Positions 30,146 through 42,091 of a DNA stretch of 64,000 bases are shown piece by piece. Location of the stretch: assembly GCF_009914755.1 (NCBI RefSeq), contig NC_060947.1, one strand, 5' to 3'. The notes beneath the pieces were generated by a model. It was not told the origin of the DNA and did no database searches. It saw nothing but the letters and a program-made list of their open reading frames with translations. Positions within the stretch are counted from its first letter, which is position 1. Each line of letters opens with the position of its first letter. The DNA comes from the human T2T-CHM13v2.0 reference genome, Homo sapiens. The translations under genes and the position numbers were made by a program.

Positions 30146-32954
30146 TAGCATAGGTTCTGGCTACTTTTGTGGGCTGTATTTATAATGACAAATTAGTTTT
30201 CTAAACCTTTTCAATATTGTTATGATCTGCTTCATTCTGTTTCTGCTTGATGTCCTGGTTTATTCATGCTGGTGCCACCTATGGGAATGCAAGATTCTTC
30301 CCAGGGATATTGGTGTTAGTTGAGGGTAGAGGATGCCATTCCTAGCACATAGAAATCATTTCTACTGGCCTGTTTTCCAACCACCCAATTCCAGTAGGCT
30401 TCTCACTGTATCTCCACTAGTGGCACCAGGTATGGAAAGCACCTATCTGTAACATACTTTTTGATGAGTGGAGGACCAAAAGTTCCAGGGTCTTGTTGGT
30501 GGAGGTTCAAGAGTCCATGTGCCTTATTTACCTCCTACTGCTGGGTAGAGGGCCAAGAATTGGTTGGCATGGTTCCCTTCTCCCATTTGGTGCAGGTCCA
30601 GAGAATACATTTCTTGTATCTCTCTCTGCCAATTTGTGGAAGCCAGGAGCTTCTGGGCCTAAGTGGCTATCTGCCACTGGGTGGAAATTTGTGAGACACT
30701 GGGCACCACTGGCTTTAGAGAAGCCTGCCTGCTATTTGACACATGGGTTATGTTCATAGTCCTTATTGCTCTGTTGCCAATTCTGTAGACAGATTGCTTA
30801 CAGCTGCCAGTGGCCATAGTTAGAGAAAGTGCTGGGTTTGATTATTTTGAATATCACAGTTGGATTGTCTCACTGCTGCTGACTGAAGGATGGGTTGTAC
30901 CCCTTTCCACCTGTTCTGCAGGTACTGCTTCTGTTGGCAGATTGGGGTGGATTTGTTACCTCCTCTGAGCTGTCAGTGTGGGAAGATCCAGCTGTCTAAA
31001 CTGGCTTATATTTGATTCTAATATACACAAAGAATCCATTTATAAGAAGACTTGTGTTTCTGTGCAAAATGGAATATCAGGGAGCAGCTTTGTCTTTCTA
31101 CCTGAAACAATTTTTTAAAAGACAAAATATATGAAGCAGCAGTTCAAAAAATCAGGCAGTGAAGGACAGTGATATCTGAGAATCATGATGCAAACAAGAT
31201 GAGTCTTGTAATTGCATCAGATTACTTACGTGATAGTCTCCAGAACTCAATGCAGGAAAGGGAGCCATAGGCTCCCAGAGTTGAGGAAATAAAGCCGAGA
31301 GTTGAAGAAAACCACAGCAACTAGAGTCTAAACTTAAAGGAGAAAAGAGAGCTCATTAGAGAGAGGGAGAGTATTAACAAAGACTGCCACTCAAACTTGC
31401 AGCAGGTTACTGATTAATGCTTGAATGTGAGAAAAGCACCCAAACAGGAGAAAGAACCACATGGAAGAAGCTGAGGGAAGAAGACCCAGAACTCACTCAT
31501 AAGTAGCGCCTCTTCCAATCATTTAGACTAGAAAATCACATACATAGGATACTGATAAGGTACTGAGAAAGGTCTGGTTTCAATACTGGGGAATAATTAT
31601 CTGTAGACTAAATACTGCTCTACTCCCTGATTACAAAAATGGAACCAAAAAGGCTCAAAAACTATTTCTGTTTAACTTAATCACATCACAGAGAAAATCT
31701 CAAGAATATGGGAATAAAAAAAAGTCTAACATCTAAGACCGTTACCAGGATGGTAGAATAGAAAACCCTGAATTCTCCTTCACCCCATAGACACCATTTC
31801 AACAAAGACACATGGATCAGTTCTTTGTGAGAAATCTAGAAACTAGCTAAGAGGCTCCTGCATCCCAGGAAAGTGCAAAATCAGCAATATCAAAACTAGT
31901 TTAAAAAAAGGCAGTGACACCATTTTGCCAAAATCCTCATCCTGGCATAGCACTGGATGATCAGAAGGGAATCCGGAAATCCCATCTTCTTCCTAAGGAG
32001 CAAAGGAGGTAGTTTGCACATCTAACATCCCAACTTCTCTGATTGCTACCTTAGGAACTGGCTTATCTTCCATGTATAGAGAGCTGTTAAAGTTTGCCAA
32101 ACTATAGTGACCTGCGGGCTACTGAGAACAAAGTAGCAGTTTGAATTAGCACCTGGGCACCCACCAAAGCTTGTCTCTCTGGCTCAAGTGTAGAGCAAGT
32201 GAGTAATAAGCTTCAGCTTTTAGTTTCTCCCTCAGAGTTACAACTTCAGGAACTACCCAAGGGATTAGCTTCTTTTCCACTTGTTTCAGAGTGCTGATGA
32301 GATCTGTAATACTCTGGATGCCTGGAGACCACTAACAAGAATAGTGGCTTGGACTAGCATGAAAGATCGAAAGGCTCATATTGTATATGTTAAAAATGTT
32401 AAGTAGCGCTAAAGAAAATTATAGAAACAACCCAATTCAAACTTCTAAAGATGAAAACTACAATGAACAAAATGAAAAATACATTGTATGGAATTAATAG
32501 CAGAGTATATATTTCAGAAGAAAAGATAAGTGAAGTTGATGATAAACCACTGTAAACTATCCAAAATTAAACAGAAATTATAGTAAAAAAAATAATAACA
32601 AAGCACCAATAAGCTGAAGGACAGCTCTAGTAGGGCTAACACACATGCAACTGGAATTCAAGAAGAAATAGAGAAGGAAATGGAAAAAAATTTGAAGAAT
32701 AATTGCCAAAATTTTCCAAATTAGATGAAAATAGACACAAGAATCTCAATAAACCCTAAGTACAAGGAACATAAAGAACAATATATTAAGGCATGCCTTA
32801 ATCATATTGTTCAAAACAAGTGGAAAAAAAAATCTTAATAGCATCCAGACAAAAATACCTGTTACATTTAGAAGAACAAATTCGAGGATGACAGTAGATT
32901 TGTCATTGGAAACAATGCAAACAAGAAGATCGTGCATCAATATTTTTAAAAGAT

Positions 32955-35900
32955 TTTGATGGTTAATTTTATATGTTAACTTGGCTGGGCCATGATGCCA
33001 AGACAATTGGTTAAACATTATTCTAGGTGTTTCTGTGAGGGTAATATTAAGATTTAAATTAGTAAACTTTGAACGAAGAAGTTTGCCTTCCATAACGTGC
33101 TGTACCTCCTCCAATCAACTGAATGCCTTTACAGAACAATGACTGACCTCCCCCAGCCAGAATAAATTGTGCCAACAGATTGCCTTTGGACTTAAACGGT
33201 AACAATGACCCTTCCCTTGGTTTCCAGCCTGACTAACCCTTGACGAAATTTGCAACATTAGCTCTTCTATGGGATTCCAGCCTGCTATCCTACTCTACAG
33301 ATTTTGCACTTGCCAGAATCCCCAATCATGTGAGCAAACATCTTTCCTTTTTATTTCAACTTTTTAAAATTATACTTTAAGTTCTGGGATACATGTGCAG
33401 AACGTGCAGGTTTGTTACATAGGTATACAGGTGCCACGGTGGTTTGCTGCACCCATCAACCCATCATCTACATTAGGTATTTCTCCTAATGTTATCCACT
33501 CCCTAGCCCCCCACCCTCCAACAGACCCCAGTGTGTGATCTTCCCCTCCTTGTGTCCATATGTTCTCATTGTTCAACTCCCACTTATTAGTGAGAACATG
33601 CAGTATTTGGTTTTCTGTTCCTGTCTTAGTTTGCTGAGAATGATGGTTTCCAGCTTCATCCTTGTCCCTGAAAAGGACCTAAACTCATCCCTTTTTATGG
33701 CTGTATAGTATTCCATGGTGTATATGGGCCACACTTTCTTTATCCATTTGATCATTGATGGGCATTTGGGTTGGTTCCAAATCTTTGCTGTTGTCAATAG
33801 TGCTGCAATAAACGTATGTGTGCATGTGTCTTTACAGTAGAATGATTTATAATCCTTTGGGTATATACCCAGTAATGGGATTGCTGGGTCAAATTGTATT
33901 TCTGGTTCTAGATCCTTGAGGAACCACCACACTGTCTTCTACAATGGTTGAACAAATTTATAATCCCACCAACAGTGTAAAAGCGTTCCTACTTCTCCAT
34001 ATCCACTCCAGCATCTGTTGTTTCATGACTTTTAATGATCACCATTCTAACTGGCATGGGATGGTATCTCATTGTGGTTTTGATTTGCATTTCTCTAATG
34101 ACCAGTGATGATGAGCTTTTTGTCATATATTTGTTGGCCATATAAATGTCTTCTTTTAAGAAACGTCTGTTCATATTCTTTGCCCACTTTTTGATTGGGT
34201 TGTTTTTCTCTTGTAAATTTGTTTAAGTTCTTTGTAGGTTCTGGATATTAGCCCTTTGACAGATGGATAGATTGCAAAATATTTTCCCTATTCTGTAGAT
34301 TGCCTGTTCACTCTGATGATAGTTTCTTTTGCTGTGCAGAACCTCTTTAGTGTAATTAGATCCCATTTGTCAATTTTGGCTTCCATTGCCATTGCTTTTG
34401 GTGTCCTACTTATGAAGTATTTGCCCATGCCTCTGTCCTGAATAGTATTGCCTAGGTTTTCTTTTATGGGTTTAGGTATTACATTTAAGTCTTTAATCAA
34501 TCTTGAGTTAATTTTTGTATAAGGTATAAGGAAGGGGTCCAGTTTCAGTTTTCTGCATATGGCTAGCCAGTTCTCCCAGCACCATATATTAAATAGGAGA
34601 TCCTTTTGCCATTGCTTTTTATTTTTTGTCAGGTTTGTCAAAGATCAGATGGTTGTAAATGTCCGGCATTATTTCAGAGGCCTCTGTTTTATTCCATTGG
34701 TCTATATATCTGTTTTGGTAGCAGTACCATCCTGTTTTTGTTACTGTAGCCCTGTAATATAGTTTGAAATCAGGTAGCACGATGCCTCAAGTTTTGTACT
34801 TTTTGCTTAGGATTGTCTTGGCTATACGAGGTCTTTTTTGGTTCCATATGAAATTTAAAGTAGTTTTTCCCAATTCTGTGAAGAAAGTCAATGGTAGCTC
34901 AATGGGAATAGCATTGGATCTATAAATTGCTTTGGGCAGTATGGCCATTTTCACAATATTGATTCTTCCTATCGATGAGCATAAAATGTTTTTCTATTTG
35001 TTTGTGTTTTCTCTTATTTCCTTGTGCAGTTGTTTGTAGTTCTCCTTGAAGAGGTCCTTCACATCCTTTATAAGTTGTATTCCTAGGTATTTTATTGTAT
35101 TTGTAGCAATTGTGAATGAAAGTTCACTCATGATTTGACTCTCTGTTTGTCTGTTATTGGTGTATAGGAATGCCTGTGAGTTTTGCACATTGATTTTGTA
35201 TCCTGAGACGTTGCTGAAGTTGCTTAGCAGCTTAAGGAGTTTGGGGACCGAGACGATGGGGTTTTCTAAACATGCAGTCATATCATTTGCAAACAGAGAC
35301 AATTTGACTTCCTCTCTTCCTATTTGAATATTCTTTATTTCTTTTTCTTGCCTGATTGCCCTGGCCAGAACTTCCAACACTATGTTGAATAGGAGTGGTG
35401 AGAGAGGGCATCCTTGTCTTGCGTCACTTTTTAAAAGGAATGCTTCTAGCTTTTGCCCATTCAGTATTATATTTGCTGTGGGTTCATCATAAATAGCTCT
35501 TATTATTTTGAGATATGTTCTATAAATACCTAGTTTATCGAGAGTCTTTAGAAGGGCTGTTGAATTGTACTGAAGGCCTTCTCTGTGTGTATTGAGATAA
35601 TCATACGGTTTTTGTTAGTGGTTCTTTTTATGTGATGGATTACATGTATTGATTTGCATATGTTGCACCAGCCTTGCATCTCAGGGATGATGCCAACTTG
35701 ATAGTGGTGGACAAGCTTTTTAATGTGCTGCTGGAATCAGTTTGCCAGTATTTTATTGAAGATTTTTGCATCAATGTTCATCAAGGATATTGGCCTGACA
35801 TTTTCTTTTTTTGTTGTGTCTCTGCCAAGTTTTCTTATCAGGATGATGCTGGCCTCATAAAATGAGTTAGGGAGCAGTCCCTCTTTTTTGTTGTTTAAAA

Positions 35901-38900
35901 TAGTTTCAGAACAATGGTACCAGCTCCTCTTTGTACCTTTGGTAGAATTCGGCTGTGAATTTGTCTGGTCCTGGGCTTTTTTTGTTTGATAGGCTATTAA
36001 TTACTTCCTCAATTTCAGAACGTGTTATTGGTCTATTCAGGGATTTGACATCTTCCTGGTTTAGTCTTGGGAGGGTGTATGTGTCGAGGAATTTATTCAT
36101 TTCTTCTAGATTTTCTAGTTTATTTGCATAGAGGTGTTTATAATATTCTCTGATGGTAGTTTGCATTTCTGTGGGATCAGTGGTAATATCCTTTTTATCA
36201 TTGTTTATTGTTTCTATTTGATTCTCCCTCTTTTCTTCTTTATTAGTCTGGTTAACTGCCTATCTATTTTGTTAACATTTTCAAAAAATGAGCCCCTGGA
36301 TTCATTGATTTTTTAAAGACTTTTTCGTGTCTCTATCTCCTTCAATTCTGCTCTGATCTTAGTTATTTCTTGTCTTCTGCAAGCTTTTGAATTTGTTTGC
36401 TCTTGCTTCTCTAGTTCTTTTAATTGTGATGTAGGGTGTCGATTTTAGATCTTTCCCACTTTTTTCTGTGGGTATTTAGTGCTATAAATTACCCTCTAGA
36501 CACTGCTTTAGCTGTGTTCCAAAAATTCTGATACGTTGTGTCTTTGTTCTCATTGGTTTCAAAGAACTTATTTATTTCTGCCTTCATTTTGTTATTTACC
36601 CAGTTGTCATGCAAGAGCAGGTTGTTCAGTTTCCATGTAGTTGTGTGGTTTTGGGTGACTTTGTTAATCCTGAGTTCTAGTTTAATTGCAGTGTGGTCCG
36701 AGAGACTATTTGTTATTATTTCCATTCTTTTCCATTGACTGAGGAGTGTTTTACTTCCAATTATGTGGTCAATTTTAGAATAAGTGTGATGTGGTGCTGA
36801 GAAGAATGTATATTCTGTTGATTTGGGGTGGAGAATTTTGTAGATGTCTATTATGTTTGCTTGGTCAAAAGCTGATTTCAAGTCCTGAATATCCTTGATA
36901 ATTTTCTGTCTTGTTCATCTGTCTAATATTGACAGTGTGGTATTAAAATCTCCCACTATTATTGGGTGGCAGTCTGAGTCTCTTTGTAAGTCTCTAAGAA
37001 CATGCTTTATGAATCTGGATGCTTCTGTATTGGATGCATGTATATTTAGGGTACTTAGCTCTTCTTGTTGTGTTGATCCCTTTACCATTATGTAATGCCC
37101 TTCTTTGCCTTTTTTGATCTTTGTTATTTAAAGTCTTTTTATCAGAGACTAAGATTGCAACCCCTGCTTTTTTTTGCTTTCTAACTGCTTGGTAAGTATT
37201 CCTCCATTTCTTTATTTTGAGTCTGTGTGTGTCTTTGCACATGGGATTGGTCTCCTGAATACAGCACATGGATGAGTCTTGCTTCTATCCAATTTGCCAG
37301 TCTGTGTCTTTTAGTTGGGGCATTTAGTCCATTTATATTTAAGGTTAATATTGTCATGTGTGTATTTGATCCTTTCGTCATGATGCTAGCTGGTTATTTT
37401 GCTCGTTAGTTGATGCAGTTTCTTCATAGTGTTGATGATCTTTACAATTTGGTATGTTTTTGCAGTGGCTGGTACCAGTTTTTCCTTTTCATATTTAGTG
37501 CTTTCTTTAGGAGCTCCTGCAGGCAGGCCTGGAGGTGACAAAATCTCTCAGCATTTGCTTCTCTGTAAGGGATTTTCTTTCTCCTTCAATTATGAAGCCA
37601 GTTTGGCTGAATAAGAATTTCTGGGTTGAAAATTCTTTTCTTAGAGAATGTTGAATTTTGACCCCCACTCTCTTCTAGCTTGTAGAGCTTCTGCAGAGAG
37701 ATCTGCTGTTCACCTGATGGGCTTCCCTTTATGGGTAATCCGACCCTTCTCTCTGGCTGCCCTTTTTTCCTTCATTTCAACCTTGGTTAGTCTGATGATT
37801 ATGTGTCTTGGGGTTACTCTTCTCGAGGAATATATTTGTGGTGTTCTCTGTATTTCCTGAATTTGAATGTTGACATATCTGGCTAGGTTTGGGACGTTCT
37901 CCTGGATAATATCCTGAAGAGTGTTTTCCAACTTGGTTTTATTCTCCCCGTCACTTTCAGGTACACCAGTCAAATGTAGGTTTGGTCTTTTCACATAGTC
38001 CCATATTTCTTGGAGGCTTTGTTTGTACATTTTCATTCTTTTTTTCTCTAATCGTGTCTTCACGCTTTATTTCATTAAGTTGATCTTCAATATCTGATGT
38101 CCTTTTTTCCACCTGATTGATTTGGCTATTGATACTTGTGTATACTTGACGAAGTTCTCATGCTGTGTTTTTCAGCTCCATCAGGTCATTTATGTTCTCT
38201 ACACTGGTTGTTTTAGTTAGCAATTTTTCTAACCTTCTTTCAAGGTTCTTAGCTTTCTTGCAGTAGGTTAGAAGATGCTCCTTGAGCTCAGAGGAGTTTG
38301 TTATTACCCACCTTCTGAAGCCTACTTCTGCCAATTCATCAAACTCATTCTCTGTCCAGTTTTGTTCCCTTGCTGGCAAGGAGTTGTGATTCTTTGGAGC
38401 AGAAGAGCCTTTCTGTTTTTTGGAATTTTCAGTCTTTTTACACTGTTTTTTTTTTCTCATCTTTGTGGATTTATCTACCTATGGTTTTTGATATTGGTGA
38501 CCTTCAGATGGGGTTTTTCTGTGGATGTCCTTTTTGTTGATGTTGATGTTTTTCCTTCCTGTTTGTTAGTTTTTCTTCTAACAGTCAGATCCTTCTGCTG
38601 CAGGTCTGCTGGAATTTGCTGGAGGTCCACTCCAGACTCTGTTTGCCTGGGTATCACCACCAGAGGCTGCAGATTGACAAAGATCACTACCTATTCTTTT
38701 CTCTGGAAGCTTCATCCCAGAGGGTACCCGCCAGATGCCAGCTGGAGCTGTCCTGTATGAGGTGTCTGTCAACCCCTGCTGGGAGGTGTCTCCCAGTCAG
38801 GAGGCACGGGGGTCAGGGACCCATTTGAGGAGGCAGTCTGTCCCTTAGCAGAGCTTGAGTGCTCTGCTGAGAGATCTGTTGCTCTCATCAGAGCTGGAAG

Positions 38901-39721
38901 GCAGGAATGCTTAAGAATGCTGAAGCTGTGCCCACAGCTGCCCCTTCCCCCAGGTGCTCTATCCCAGGGAGTTGGGAGTTTTAGCAATAAATCCCTGACT
39001 CAAGCTGCTGCCTTTCTTTCAGACATGCCCTACATGGAGAGGAGGGATCTTGAGAGGCAGTGTGGCTTCAGCAGCTTTGCCAAACTGTGGTGGGCTCTGC
39101 CCAGTTTGAACTTCCCAGAAGCTTTGTTTATACTGTGAGGGGAAAACCACCTACTCAAGCCTCAGTAATGGCAGATGCCCCTCCCCTCAACCAAACTTGA
39201 GTGTCCCAAGTTGACTTCAGACTGCTCTGCTGGCAACGAGAATTTCACGCCTGTGGATATTAGCTTGCTGGTCTCTGTGGGGGTGGGATCCACTGACCTA
39301 GACCAAGTGGCTCTCTGGCTTTAGCCATCTTTCCAGAAGAGTGAACGGTTCTGTCTCGATGGCATTCCAAGTGCCACTGGGGTATGAAGAAAAACTCCTG
39401 CCGCTAGCTCAGTGTCTGGCAAGTTGGCCACCGAGTTTTGTGCTTGAAACCCAGGGACCTGATGGTGTAGGCACCCAAGGTAATCTCCTGGACTTTGGGT
39501 TGTGAAGTATGTGGGAAAAGTGTAGTATTTGTGCTGTAATGTACAGTTCCTCACAGCACAGTTCCTCACTCCTTCCCTTGACTAGGGGAAGGAGTTTCCT
39601 GACCACTTGTGCTTCCTGGGTGAGGCAACACCCCACCCTGCTCTCTTCCTTTCCCTCTTTACCTCCCTTTTTTCTTCTATCCCTCCATTGCTCCTTTTCT
39701 TTTTCTCTCTACCCCCCTGCA

Positions 39722-39753
<32 letters not shown>

Positions 39754-39798
39754 GTCAGTCTCTTGGTTCTGTTTTTCTGGAGAACCCTGACTGATACA
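32955..39798 (+). mobile_element. MLT2-family (ERVL) solo LTR split by an L1PA7 (pieces 32955-33342 and ~39645-39798)
   Basis: Start T(T)TGATGGTTAATTTTATATGTTAACTTGGCTGGGCC. End CT-rich tract followed by TTGGTTCTGTTTTTCTGGAGAACCCTGACTGATACA. Confidence 0.82.
33343..39643 (-). mobile_element. Nearly full-length L1PA7-like LINE, disabled
   Basis: ORF1 ATG 38460. ORF2 ATG 37381 (MTKGSNTHMTILTLNINGLN). RT FANDM (YADD-equivalent, mutated) in 34994-35380. 3'UTR at 33343-33570. The 5'UTR stops about 120 nt short of the usual 5' end. Confidence 0.92.
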
Positions 39799-40557
39799 AA
39801 TACTGAAAGAGAGAAACTCAGTCTAGATTGTATACTTACCAAAAACATTTCCTTCAAAAAATGAAGGTCAAATTTTTTTTTAGATCTTAAAAGGTAAAAT
39901 AATTCATCATCAGCAGATGTACATTACAAAAATGTTAAATGAACTTTTTTAAGCAGAAGGAAACTGATACCAGGGAAAAATATATCTACACCAAGGAATG
40001 ATGGATCTCATAAATGAGCTGATTAGGTAAACATATAAGGTACTTGTAATTAAATCAGTTTAAATATTTATTAACTGTAGTTTCTGATCTCTGCCAGAAG
40101 ATATAGAGATGAAGGATGAGCATTACTTTTATCTGTGTAAGAAAAATGCTAGACGATATAGAAATTAGCAACTTTTCTTGAACCTATTGGAGAAGTTATG
40201 TCAAAATGCAGACATCTAACCTAAAACCTGGAGAGAGGTGTCTGCAGGGAACATAACTGGATAATTTTCTACTAAAAATAGATATCACGGAATACCATAT
40301 AAGATATAGGAAGGTTAAATATTTTGTTAGAAATATTTAGCCAACTGTTAAACGCTGATTGTGGGGTAGCATGAGAAAATGAATCCTGTTTTCAGGCATA
40401 AGTGGTTTTCCATCACTTTTTAGGCCACTTCTCCAGGAATCCCATTCAGAAGACTGAGGAAGATACTAAGAAAACTCTTTCATTTCTTGCTGGAGGAAAA
40501 GAACAATAGCCACTGCAAAAATCCACCCAGACTAATATATCTTTACTATCTGTACTA

Positions 40558-41058
<501 letters not shown>

Positions 41059-41657
41059 TCAAAATACTTGCTTAAGACTGAGGTTTTAAAAGAACATCAG
41101 AGAATGATCACCTTTCTTCCTCTACCTAATCAGGCTGACAAACTTTGAATAAATATTATAGTGGAATACAGCTGGAGAAATGGCAAGAGACTAGCTCTCT
41201 ATGGGAAGCAAAACAAAAGAAAAATCCAAAGCCAAGTAGAGAAACAAAAACAAAGTATCACTAGAGGATTTTGAATTATCTCAGGCGCATGACAACAACA
41301 AAATCAAACTCTGATAACCATAGCAACAAATTCCAACTCTGGTAACCATAGCAACCATAGCAACTAGGCAAATTTCAATCCTAGCCCAACTCCTGATTAG
41401 ATCAACACAAACCCCCACACAAAAGGCCCAGCAGAAGGAAAATCATGCTAATCTTGAAGTGTATTTTTAAAATGAAGTTATATGTACTATCTTATAAATG
41501 GTCATCTTTCAACAACAAAATTATGTGGCATGCCAAAAAACATGAAATAAACACAATCTGAAGAGACAAAGAATCTTTCTAAAGCAGACTCAGATATCAC
41601 ATGGCTGTTGGAACTATCATTAAAACATTTTAAACAACTGCAATTAACATGTGTAAT

Positions 41658-41957
41658 CACTGGTTCTCAAAAGCAGGTAATTTTGCCCACAGAAAATATT
41701 TGGCAATATCTGGACACATTTATCATTGCCTTAATGGGAGATGTTTTACTAGCATCTAGTGGGTAGGGGCCAAGGACGAGGCTAAATGTCCTGCAAGGTG
41801 CAGGACAGCATTTTATTTATTCATTCTTACAGTTTTCATTTTTTGCTGAAAGTACAGATATAATCTTGCTTGTCATCTACTTTTACTGTTACAGCATTTA
41901 ACACAGTAGTTCCCAGCTTTGGCATAATTGATATTTTCAGGCAGATAATTCTCTTGT
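41658..41957 (+). mobile_element. MER20 (hAT-Charlie DNA transposon); 41658-41809 forward, terminal part inverted at 41904-41957
   Basis: CACTGGTTCTCAA...GCATCTAGTGGGTAGGGGCCAAGG...GCAGGACAGC. The reverse complement of 41904-41957 supplies the missing MER20 terminus. Confidence 0.8.
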
Positions 41958-42091
41958 AAAAATAAAATGGATATGTTAATAAGACTGTAGTAATTATTTC
42001 ATGATGTATATGTATATCAAAACAACACCTTAAATTTATACAATAAAAAAGAAAGAATAATATGGCAATGCCAGAAATAAAAATCACAATA

